Source: Selaginella moellendorffii
Taxonomy: Eukaryota > Plantae > Lycopodiophyta
Assembly (NCBI RefSeq): GCF_000143415.4
Contig: NW_003314319.1
Span: forward strand, 134,115 to 198,114
Direction of reading: 5' to 3'
DNA length: 64,000 nucleotides
A program made the translations under genes and the position numbers. The notes beneath the pieces are model-generated. The model had not been told where the DNA came from and did not search any database. It saw nothing but the letters and a program-made list of their open reading frames with translations. Position 1 is the stretch's first letter. Each line of letters begins with the position of its first letter. This document shows positions 49,183 to 59,268 of this stretch, in pieces.

Positions 49183-52100
49183 CACCATCCAACAATCATA
49201 GTACTATTGAATAAACTCTGCTGTGCGGTCCAGGACCAGAGGAGAAACAATTGATAAAGGCTCCTCGGAAGTACAAAAAATGAAAGAAGTACCAGATTGG
49301 TGAGCTTTGGAGCAGTAACGTTTTGAGATTGTCCAACAGAACAATGAGGACACACTAGAAGCTTACTGAGAAGAGACTGAGTGCCGGCATTCTCGTCCTC
49401 CGATTGATCCTCTCCAACCAAAGTAAGAACGTGACTTACTCCAGGAAATGGATATCTAGCAGCACAACTGGAACACAACAGTTCCAAAGCCTTGCACCGG
49501 TTATATCTGTCAGAACGAAGTGAGATCTTCCACAGCATAACAAAAAACACTACCTGTCCTCATCATCAAGAACAGATGTGGCCACAAGCGCATCTTCTTT
49601 ATCAAGTGTGGTTGACACTGAGTGTTGTTGAAACTGTCAGTGTGAGAAATGTGAGCACCTAGAGAGAAAAGACGCGTAGAATATGACCTTGGATGGATCC
49701 AGACCCAGACAATCGGCAATGTGACTTGGATCGGTACCTTCAATGAGTGTACATAGTCTTGAGACTATGGGATGAATCTAGAAATTAGAAAAATGTTAAC
49801 GAACTAGCGAACCTGTTGAGATAAATAGTAGTCTACGTCGATAGTCCATCCACCACCTCCGGCTTTTAACTTGTCTGGATGCCTTGCCCTCTCAGTTAGT
49901 GGAACACCAAGCACACCCTGCAGTTCTATTTATGTTGATGTATTGAGAAAAATTTCGTACCTCTTGACAACATATGACATATGGAATAGTATCTCCAGGG
50001 AAACATTTATGGCATTCCTGTTTTCGTCTTAGAGCAACCTGAAAAACACAATTTCCAAGAAAAGAGAGAGATTTAAGAGATGCCAACCTGAACATGAGGC
50101 TGGTTTTTACTGTCAGGGTAGTCCTCTGGTAGTTTGCTTAAGCTCTTTGTGATGACATACTTTTCAAGGTCAATTCTGCCGTTTCTCATATCATCTTGCA
50201 ACTATGAGAAGAAAAACTAATTAGAAAAACGAAAAACAAACAAGAACGCACCTTTCTTAATTTGTCGTGGATAGCATCAACAACATCCTGAACTGTAAAA
50301 TTCGTTGCGATATGAATTTTTGTTAAAGAACAAGAAACTTACCCTTCCGATAAAATCTGCTCGAGAATAAAGTTTCCCACATCTTTTGATAGAAGGCTCC
50401 AGTCTCTTCGCACTATATCCAGTCCTCTTTGCTCTATTACCTGCACCACAACTTCGAGCTCACAATCAAAGAAAAACTTGTTTACCTCTCGAAGTTTTCC
50501 GTCAGCACTGGTTTCAACTTTCACGCAGGCATACTTCTTCTTTTTAAGTAGAAGCATTCTTTTGAAAACGCCATCTAAGTCGATTTCCAGTAGTTTGTGC
50601 TTTTTGTTAACCTGAATTTCGAAGAGTCAAATTCAAGATATTCTAATCAAATCTTACCTCCTTAATAACTTGCACGGCAATGCTTTTGGCCTTTAAAAGA
50701 TCGTCCAGCCCCGTATTGAATCAGTATCCCCATAGATCACCTGGTCACAGAGATAACTGTAATTTTCAGAAAGAATAAAATACCTGTGAAGTTATCAATT
50801 CGGCAATGAACTTGGCATAAAACCTCGAGTTGGGAAATCCCAAACAACCGTACATACTGATTGCTTCTGCATTTGAGAATCTTGTACAGAAGCTAAGATC
50901 CATACCTGTTAGCAGTAAGTTTGAGAGCTTGCTGCTGTATGTCCATCTGCTGGTATTTCAAGACATCCGTTGTTTTCTTAAGCCATTGCTTCACCTGTTT
51001 CTTGCAATCAACCAATGCTTTCAAAGACCTGGCAAAGACAGCAGATGAGAGGAGTCCCCTGTACAAGCATACTGGCGTACCTGCGGGAGCACACCAGGTG
51101 CATCTGCATTTGGCAAAGACGATATTGAACCATCTGAGGACCGCTCAACAGTAGTAAAACATATATTGTATTCCTAAGGCATTTCATGAAAAAGAAAAAG
51201 AAACCGTGAGCTTTCGAATACTAATGACAAAATACCTGGATTATAGATGGATAAAAACTATTGAAATAAATCCAGAAGCAAAATATACTTGTTGTAAAGC
51301 CCCTTCTTCGGTTCGAGAACCAACCCGCCAGTGTAAGCCGGAGCCTTCTTGTTCTTTGCTTCGACTGCAGAATCCGGCTCAAAGTCTTCATCTTGCTGTG
51401 CTGTTTTCCTCTTTGTCTCGTTGTCTTTCTCTTTTTCACTACCAGATACTTTGTCAGGAACAATATATTTACGTCCATAAAACTCATGCAAGAGCAGATA
51501 TTGAACTCTTTGTGCCCTTGCACCCTGTTGTTCATAGCATGAGATAAGAATGGCAGCTGTCATCTGTAACTTACTTGTAAGGTTTTACTCCACAAATTAC
51601 CGTTAATGTTAGTGAGTTGCCGTGTAAGCGGTAAAACACTAAGGTGAAACATCAAACTCAACGACAACCAAGCGTCGGTTTCACCAGATTGAATCTGTAA
51701 ATATATACCGTAAATGCAAAACCACTGCGAAAGAGAAACTCATACCAGTTCAAACAGGGTGGACGACGTTTGGAACATGTTTGGAATCTCTGACGGGGAG
51801 ATTTCTTTTCTTTCTTTTCCCAGCTGAGATTTCGACAATTGCGTTAAAGTATAGCTCACCTGCACAATTCAAATGCTCAATATGATAGAAATTATGTCAC
51901 AAAAACTTACTTCCTTCACAAGCTCTCTAGAAGAAAGATATGTGTCGCATAGTAACCGGCCGGCAACACACGACATTACTCCTGGACCCGCTCCTCCTCC
52001 AAAATTATTTCCACCACCAACCAGCCTAGGCATCTGAGACCTTTTCAGCCGCCCGACTCGAGACCGCACGTTGCTTGGAACTTTGCACGCCTGATACACA

Positions 52101-52975
52101 TCAATGAGCAAATGTCGTAATCGCATAGCTTTCGTACTTGCAAGCGATGCAGGAGGACGTCGAGATCAAACCCCGAAATGTTATGTCCAACTAGCACGTC
52201 AGGGTCTAGTTGATGAAGCTTGATCATCAGACAATTCAATAGGGAACGCTGACTGCAGGAAACGAAGAAATATGAGTGATACTTCAGAAGAAAATCCCAT
52301 CGGATATACTCCGCCATCGAGCTTGCGGACGATGCTAAAATGTTCTAGCATCTCTTGCTTGTTCCACTCGGACTGCGGCATGGGTGGATCTACCTGCAGA
52401 AAAACCATGTCACAAGTTCATCACAACATCAAATGTGACAAGTATACCTTCACGTGCTCGCAAAACACTACCGATGCAGAGACAATCTCATTTAGATTTT
52501 GTTTCTGATTGACTACCGTCTTCAGACTGATGCTAGCAACAATCAGCCTCGGGATCTCAGACACAGGTTTCAAAGTTGATATATTAGCTACGTCTTTCGG
52601 AGAATCCACGGAAACCTCCACTTTACACCAGCTGATCTGAAACAACAAGATAGTGTCAAGATAATCTGTCTTTCGTCATTACCAACCTGAGAAGAGCAAT
52701 ACATTGGTGAAGTGCGCTCCTCTCAGATCACCCGGAAGCGTCGGATCCTATGGGATACGAAACTAGCTAATTAAAACTAAATGGAAAGCAAACCTTGAAG
52801 GGATAACTTAATTTAAAATAATAATGAGCTCCAGATCGCACATCCATTCTGTCGAATGCATATGACCTCTGGAGAAAAGAAAATATTTGTGATTTGAAGA
52901 TATTGAACTATGTTATACCTTCACAGGTATCATGCTAAACTTCGAAACGTTGAGCTCCATCAACTTTTCTGAGAG
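49183..52975 (-). pseudogene. POLA1: DNA polymerase alpha catalytic subunit pseudogene, truncated at both ends, introns retained
   Basis: [100 protein letters not shown] zinc-finger start; frameshifts in catalytic motifs. Confidence 0.92.
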
Positions 52976-53339
52976 CACCAAGGAAGGCGATCGGAAGACG
53001 ATTCGAGTTCGGGATGTCGATGTTGGGGGCTGCTCATGAGAACGACATCAATCAAGAGTGGGGAAAAGTCCAATGCTAGTGTAGTTCCAACCATTCTTCT
53101 CAATCCCTGTCGAATACACTCAAAGGAATGTCCCCAAATGAGGCTTGAATGTGCTCTTGGCACAAGTGATCCAGGCCAGGCCAGGCCACAGCGACGGCTA
53201 GTGCGTGGATCTCCACTGGATCGGCATTGGTAGCTGCCAAGAGAAATAACTGGATGCTCGCCATCGAGAAAAAGAGTAACAAGGGCAAATGCCACGATCG
53301 CAATCTTCCATGAGAAAGAACTGGCAGTGGCAGCAGCGG

Positions 53340-53665
53340 TGAGCAAGATCGAGAGCTTGGAGGAGATGGAGGTGCACCCTAGATTGTTGCGTGCGCCCTA
53401 AGTTGGTGTTACGAACACAGGCCGTGATCCCGGGGGATCACGGCCCATGTTTGTAACAGTATATACTGTTCATGAACATGGCCGTGGGAACACGACCCAT
53501 GGCTGTGTTCATGAAACACAATGAACACAACCAGGATCCCGGCCGTGTTCATAACACTCGTCCATAGCATTGGAATATCACCCAGCGATCCAGGGATTGT
53601 GCCAGAGAGTGAATTGTTGCTGAGATTCAGTGAGATGAGGTGGCCAAGTGATGCCAAGCAATTCA
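53340..53665 (-). pseudogene. LRR gene remnant interrupted by a palindromic element
   Basis: LASLGHLISLNLSNNSLSGTIPGSLGDIPMLW (plant extracellular LRR), then LLQALDLAH beyond the insertion. Confidence 0.65.
53407..53556. mobile_element. 150 bp triple-palindrome element with TGTTA...TAACA termini (MITE/fold-back or LTR-derived)
   Basis: Three successive palindromes at 53407-53458, 53467-53518 and 53521-53556; terminal inverted repeat TGTTA(C/T)GAACAC(A)GGCC; no clear TSD. Confidence 0.7.
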
Positions 53666-53919
53666 TATAGACGACTAGTGCACTGTCCATGACTGTTGAT
53701 TCGCGGCTGGGTTGCCTCGGCCGTGGACCTGTCCACCAATGCACTCTTGGACTTGCTTCACTTGGCACTTCCAGGGCCTCTAGAGCTAGGACCTCTTCCA
53801 TGTATAACTGATCCATGATTGCAAAGCTTCACTGATGCTTGAAGGGTCTTCGATGTGATAATGGGGTGTCTCCGCCTGGAGAGTTTAGGAACACGATAGA
53901 TCTTTCAAGCTAGTAGATA

Positions 53920-54006
53920 TTGAAGATCTCCAGGCCTGCTGCAGTTCCACGTACATGAGCACTAAATGAACTTAGCAACGGCGAAGCAAGAATGGAGCTG
54001 TGGAGT
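53920..54006 (-). pseudogene. short remnant homologous to 6048-6145, probably the 5' part of the co-duplicated PPR
   Basis: Reverse complement ctccac..cattcttgcttc..ttgcta.gttca..tgctcat.ta..aactgcagcagg...ggagatcttcaa aligns to 6048-6145; reads like PPR ILAS..LVLMY.NCSR..EIF. Confidence 0.6.
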
Positions 54007-54069
54007 TGGTCTTTTATAAAATAGAAGATTTATTATTTGTATTATTTATTTTAGTAACAGCTCGTTGGT

Positions 54070-55294
54070 TTAGTTTATTTGGAGCTTTTGTGAATGCTTG
54101 CCATCCAAATATTTTGTGTACACATTTGTGATGTGCTCTTGGTATAAGGTTGACTTGTAGAGTGGCGGGTTTTGCTCATCAATAAGTTCTGGCAGGGGTC
54201 CTATCACAGCATCCTGTGATGGATTGCAAAATGCCACGATGGAGAGACGAGTTTGATCAGGCTGGACAAGGACTCGGTGCTCAATGCTCTTGTATTTTCC
54301 ATTGCTCAAAATCTGGCATGGAAACGAACAAAGCCATGATTGAAATCAATCCAAGTCACTTACTTCAAGCTGATCAGCGATGTTCACAATGAATGCATTC
54401 TTTATAGGCTTCAAGTCGTACCAGAGATCACCTTTCCTGGCCTGGAGTCCGCCAACTTGATCTTCAAACAGGATTGTCAAACCGCCACTATCGGTGTGGC
54501 CATTCATCCCAAGAGCAAGGTCGGGATTTGGGCACGGGGGATAGTAATTTGATCGCAAGATCATCTCTGAGTCTCCAAACGATTTCGCGAGGCAGTTTGA
54601 ATCCAGCCCGAGTCCTTCAGACAAAGCAGACATCAGAGTCTGACTCAAATGTTTCACGCTTGAAACATAGCTGGAAGCGAGCCTCCTGCAATATCCAAGA
54701 AACCAAGCAATCTCATGAAATCCAGATTAGTCAAGCTCATTTACTTGTAGCAGGCTGGTTTTTCCGGCCATGGATGCTCTTTTTCTCTGTTTGAAAAGTA
54801 GTGCTGGAAGTGATCGTGCCACTCCATATGAGTCTCTTGAGAAGGTGTCATACTCGTGCAGTACCGCACGGGCACAAACACCTCCTCTGTATAATACTTC
54901 ATCTTCTCCTCAATAGGAAGATCAAAGAGCTCAAGCACTCCATGGACCATGCCTTGCATGGTTGCAACAGGAATCCCGTGGTTGATCACCTGCATGTGAC
55001 ATCATATTATGAATGATCCTTTTGAGCAGGTACACATCAAAATACCTGAAAGATGCCCCATTCACTCGAAGCCTTGCACAAAGTTTGAACAAATTTCTCT
55101 CGGTCACTCTCCAATTCAGCCATGTCAATCACAGGGATCTCCACTCCAGGAACGATCAAATGCTTCACAGCTCGGTGGCTGGGAGGTTTGATATAACGGC
55201 CAGGAATGGTAACGAGGCCATTATCCATGAGAGCTTTGACACCCTTTGGAAGAACATCAGTCTGCTGATTGACATTTGCAACAAAGGAAGGCAT
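54070..55294 (-). CDS. 2-oxoglutarate/Fe(II)-dependent dioxygenase, copy B, 4 exons
   Basis: Near-identical to 4593-5804 with the same introns; HxD..H and RxS intact; an alternative in-frame ATG lies at 55333. Confidence 0.95.
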
Positions 55295-55821
55295 AGCTAC
55301 AAAATAGGAGGAAATAAGATGAACGAGATTCATAGAATTGGTGGGTTTATATAGTTGATTTTCATGATGTTAAAGTCCAAGTTGGTGGCCGCGAAAGATC
55401 TTTCTAGGTGGCAGCCCCCGTGGCCATCGCCTCAATTCCTTAAAACATCACGTCTTTTCTTTTTCGAGACTCTGGATAGTAAGCGACGAAGCCGGCAGCA
55501 GCAGCGAAGGAGGGAGCCGACATCGCGGCTTCGATTTTCTACATCCATCAGTCACGAGATTACCGAAATAACATAAATAGATAGTTGTCAAGCATGAGAC
55601 TGATGGATTAAAAAATGCCAAGATTGAAAATTAGAGCTACATCTTGCAGATCTTCCTGGTCTTCAGTCCTTGTTGTGTGCTGCTTGGACACATTTTCTTT
55701 CTGGAAGGGACGTAGAAAAACTAAGAAAGACAGTGAATATGTTCTCTTTCGATTTGAATTCCATCCATATTTAAATATATGCTCTCCGCTCTTATTTCAA
55801 TCTAAAGTTTAGCTTAGGATC

Positions 55822-57489
55822 ATGGTTGGGACGATCAAACACCTCTATAACAGTCGATGGATGGTTGCATTGGCAAGTTTCTTCCTCATGATCTCCACGG
55901 GAGGATCACTCAACAATTTCAGTCTCTTCTCGCAGCATCTCAAGCTGTCCCTCGACTACAACCAAAAAAATATCAACACCATAAGCTTATTTAAGGACGT
56001 TGGCACCAGCGTCGGGATTCTCTCCGGCCTCGTCTATGATCTCACCGGGCCCTGGGTCGTGCTCCTCCTTGGATTTGCGCTAAACTTTGCTGGATACTTC
56101 ACGATATGGCTGGCTACAACGCAGAGAATCGCACACCCCCATGTCTGGGAACTGTGCTTCTATCTCTTTATGATCGGCGCATCGGCAGCCTTCACCACCA
56201 CCGCTGTTCTTGTGGCCTGTGCCAAGAATTTCCCCAAGAACCAGGGCATGGTTCTTAGTCTTCTCGACAGTACGCAGGGATTGAGCGTTGCGATATTCAC
56301 ACTGCTTTACCAGGCCTTCTTCTCTCACAGTGACGATTCATTCGTTCTCTTGCTGGCCTGGTTTCCATCGCTCTTGTGCCTTCTATTCGCGTTTTTCATT
56401 CGATCCGTCCCACTCGACGGCCGCTACAATGACTCGAGAACGCTCTTCGTCTTCGTGTCAGTAACTTTGATCCTGGCTGGATATCTCATGGCTATTATCA
56501 TCCTCCAGCACTTCGTGCGCCTAGAGTCTCGGATCATCAAGGCCTTCTTTTCCATTATGCTGATCATTCTCTCCATCCCAGTTCTTGTGGTTCTGAGACA
56601 GGAATCCAAAACCCTCCGGCATCGCCATCGCGAAGAAGTTGATGTCGATCTAGTGGAGAACGCAGCGATAGAAACTCCTCAAACAGATTATCAAGACGTA
56701 GATCGTCCGGATCATGGGGCAGACGCCGCTGCTCCAGCTATCGCCTCGCACATTTCGATCTTCTTCTTTAAAGGATCGCCCGTCAAGCGAGGAGATGATT
56801 TCACAATCCTCCAGGCGCTCTGTAGCATCGACATGTTTCTCATCTTCGTGGCCTCAACCTGTGGTATTGGCGCCGTGCTAACCGTGACCAACAATTTCGG
56901 CCAGATTGGAACGTCCCTTGGCTACTCCCAGGCCGGAACAAACACTTTCATCGCCCTCCTTAGCATCTGGGACTTCATCGGTGGCGTTGGCGTTGGCTTC
57001 ATCTCAGATATATGCCTCGCCAGCTATGGCGTCGCAAGGCCCTTCTTCCTGTGCCTGGTTCTCTTGCTTCTCTCGCTTGGGAGCTTGATAATCGCTCTTG
57101 GGCTTCCCGGAGCGCTCTTCTACGGCTCGGTTTTGATTGGGTTGTCAATCGGTGGCCAGTGGTCGGTTCTTTACACCATGATAGCGGAGATCTTCGGGCT
57201 CAGGTTCTATGGGACGCTCCAAAATGTAACTTACGTCGCTAAGGCGCTGGGAACTTATGTTTTGTCCGTCCGGGTGGCAGGAGTTTTATACGACCGCGAG
57301 AGTAAGCTTGGACCAAGCAATGGAAGTTTGGATGGTGATGAGCTCCTTTGCCATGGACCACATTGCTACAGAACAACCTTCTTCGTCATGGCTGGAGTGT
57401 GCTTGTTTGCATCCATTGTGATCTTGATCTTGTCCATTAGAACAACAAAGTTTTATAGTGTCACTCTTCGAAAAAGACTAACTGGTTAA
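55822..57489 (+). CDS. nodulin-like / NFD4-like MFS transporter, copy B
   Basis: 555 aa ORF nearly identical to copy A; indels are in-frame and confined to the central and C-terminal loops. Confidence 0.93.
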   Translation: MVGTIKHLYNSRWMVALASFFLMISTGGSLNNFSLFSQHLKLSLDYNQKNINTISLFKDVGTSVGILSGLVYDLTGPWVVLLLGFALNFAGYFTIWLATTQRIAHPHVWELCFYLFMIGASAAFTTTAVLVACAKNFPKNQGMVLSLLDSTQGLSVAIFTLLYQAFFSHSDDSFVLLLAWFPSLLCLLFAFFIRSVPLDGRYNDSRTLFVFVSVTLILAGYLMAIIILQHFVRLESRIIKAFFSIMLIILSIPVLVVLRQESKTLRHRHREEVDVDLVENAAIETPQTDYQDVDRPDHGADAAAPAIASHISIFFFKGSPVKRGDDFTILQALCSIDMFLIFVASTCGIGAVLTVTNNFGQIGTSLGYSQAGTNTFIALLSIWDFIGGVGVGFISDICLASYGVARPFFLCLVLLLLSLGSLIIALGLPGALFYGSVLIGLSIGGQWSVLYTMIAEIFGLRFYGTLQNVTYVAKALGTYVLSVRVAGVLYDRESKLGPSNGSLDGDELLCHGPHCYRTTFFVMAGVCLFASIVILILSIRTTKFYSVTLRKRLTG

Positions 57490-58343
57490 TAAATGTTAGC
57501 TGCTGAAATGAATAGTAATCTTCTATAAGGCCATATATGTTTTAAGCAATTACTCACTTGAGTTATTATTTTAAATGCAAAGTCAAACCAGCCAATTGAT
57601 GGTCGATGTTTTATGGGATAATTTCTCAATAAGACAGATAATCATGCAAAAGAAAGACCATGAGATAAATCATTTCTCTTGTATGCAATGGATATTAATA
57701 TATATAATCAGAAGAAAAAAATTGTAACAATCATTAGCAAATATTTACTATTTAATTTGGTGAGATTAAATACAGTGTAAGACTTCTTTTATTGTATACT
57801 GCTTCTAATCACTTTATCTACCAAGCTTCATGATAATAAACTACATGAAAAATTAGAAACTCAAAAAGTAAATAATAATTAACTAACTATAAAATAGAGA
57901 GAGCATAGGAAAACAGTTATAATGAGGATTGCCACATGGCAAGTTGCGCAAAGACAAATATAAAATCTATTTACTTACACCAATGCTTTAGTTTTAAAGT
58001 ATATTATCTTGAATATTAAACAAACCTTTAAAATTTTCATTACTTTGCATTTTTAATAAAAAAAATCATTTGCTGCACTTTGCATGTAGCAATGTTTGGT
58101 TATAATAGTGTCATTCCTGTTTATTATTATTGAATAATCTAATTGATCAATAATTATAAATATATTTAAAAATTACAGATTTGCTTAAGCAATCCAAAAA
58201 AATAATCTAAAGTATTGAACTATAATAATTTACTCTTTATAAACTCTTTAATTATAAATTTAGCTTATAATAGCTAAAGGACTATTTAATTTTACCATTA
58301 TCTAAGAGTCCATTCTTCAGACAAAATCTATAAACAAAGTTCA

Positions 58344-59012
58344 TCATTGAAATTTCTGTTTGTAATCGCTCCACAACTGATCCACACTCTTTCCAGTCAA
58401 ATCCTGGAAGTAGCTTTCACTCCACCCATCATATAGCTTCTTGTTAAGCTCTGCCACAAAGCTGGGATGGAGATCGTTGACATAGTTTAGAAACAGTGCA
58501 GTCACGGTATACCCNNNNNNNNNNNNNNNNNNNNNNNNNNNNNNNNNNNNNNNNNNNNNNNNNNNNNNNNNNNNNNNNNNNNNNNNNNNNNNNNNNNNNN
58601 NNNNNNNNNNNNNNNNNNNNNNNNNNNNNNNNNNNNNNNNNNNNNNNNNNNNNNNNNNNNNNNNNNNNNNNNNNNNNNNNNNNNNCTCAAAAACCAAGTC
58701 TCCAGTGAAAGTAGCAACAAACTGTGCGCTGAGATGGATCTCCACACCAATGGCGTAGGCCACCCCAGGCATGCCGTCCACTGTGAAGTGGATGGTGTCA
58801 ATCTCCTTCTTGGGTGTGTCGGGGCTCATATACTCGAAGCCAAGCTGGACGAAGGCCATGGCGTCGGCGAGGATGGAGAGGGCTCCATCTACTCCCATGA
58901 CAGAGTCGAAGCGCTGGCCTCCCGGGGATTCTGGGGTTGTGTTGGCGCCTGTGATGGAGGTGCCTTGAGTTACCTGGAACGTTGCTAGGATAATGACGAG
59001 AAAAATTGCCAT
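58344..59012 (-). CDS. basic secretory protein (BSP/PR-17); centre hidden by an assembly gap
   Basis: Signal peptide MAIFLVIILATFQVTQG, PGGQRF, GVAYA...IHLSA, GY.VTALFL..DLTGKSVDQLW; N-run 58515-58685 covers the HExxH region; alternative start at 59033. Confidence 0.8.
   Translation of the reverse strand: MAIFLVIILATFQVTQGTSITGANTTPESPGGQRFDSVMGVDGALSILADAMAFVQLGFEYMSPDTPKKEIDTIHFTVDGMPGVAYAIGVEIHLSAQFVATFTGDLVFEXXXXXXXXXXXXXXXXXXXXXXXXXXXXXXXXXXXXXXXXXXXXXXXXXXXXXXXXXGYTVTALFLNYVNDLHPSFVAELNKKLYDGWSESYFQDLTGKSVDQLWSDYKQKFQ
58515..58685. other. assembly gap
   Basis: Run of N. Confidence 1.
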
Positions 59013-59268
59013 TTCTTTTCCTTCTTCTGCCATTTGAGTTATTATTTCAAATGTAGAGTTAAACTCGCCCATTGAATAATTGTCTATGTTTCTTGGGATA
59101 GTTTCTCAATAAGACAGATGATCAAACAATTATTTTATTTTTCCGGCATCTCTCCTTCTAAAGGTAGACCCCATTGTTAATCAAAACCATGAGAAAAACA
59201 AAGGGTTGTAGAGCGCTCAATTGAGGATCGATACTCTCTACATTCCTTTTCTTTGTCGTTGTTTTCGT

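Noticed and set aside
53407-53556. Repeated palindromic units considered as a CRISPR-like array
   Set aside because: Eukaryotic context, alternating orientation, no unique spacers and no cas genes.
54070-57489. Second MFS-2OGD copy as an uncollapsed haplotype or assembly artefact
   Set aside because: Copies differ by many substitutions and indels in coding, intron and promoter DNA and have different flanks.
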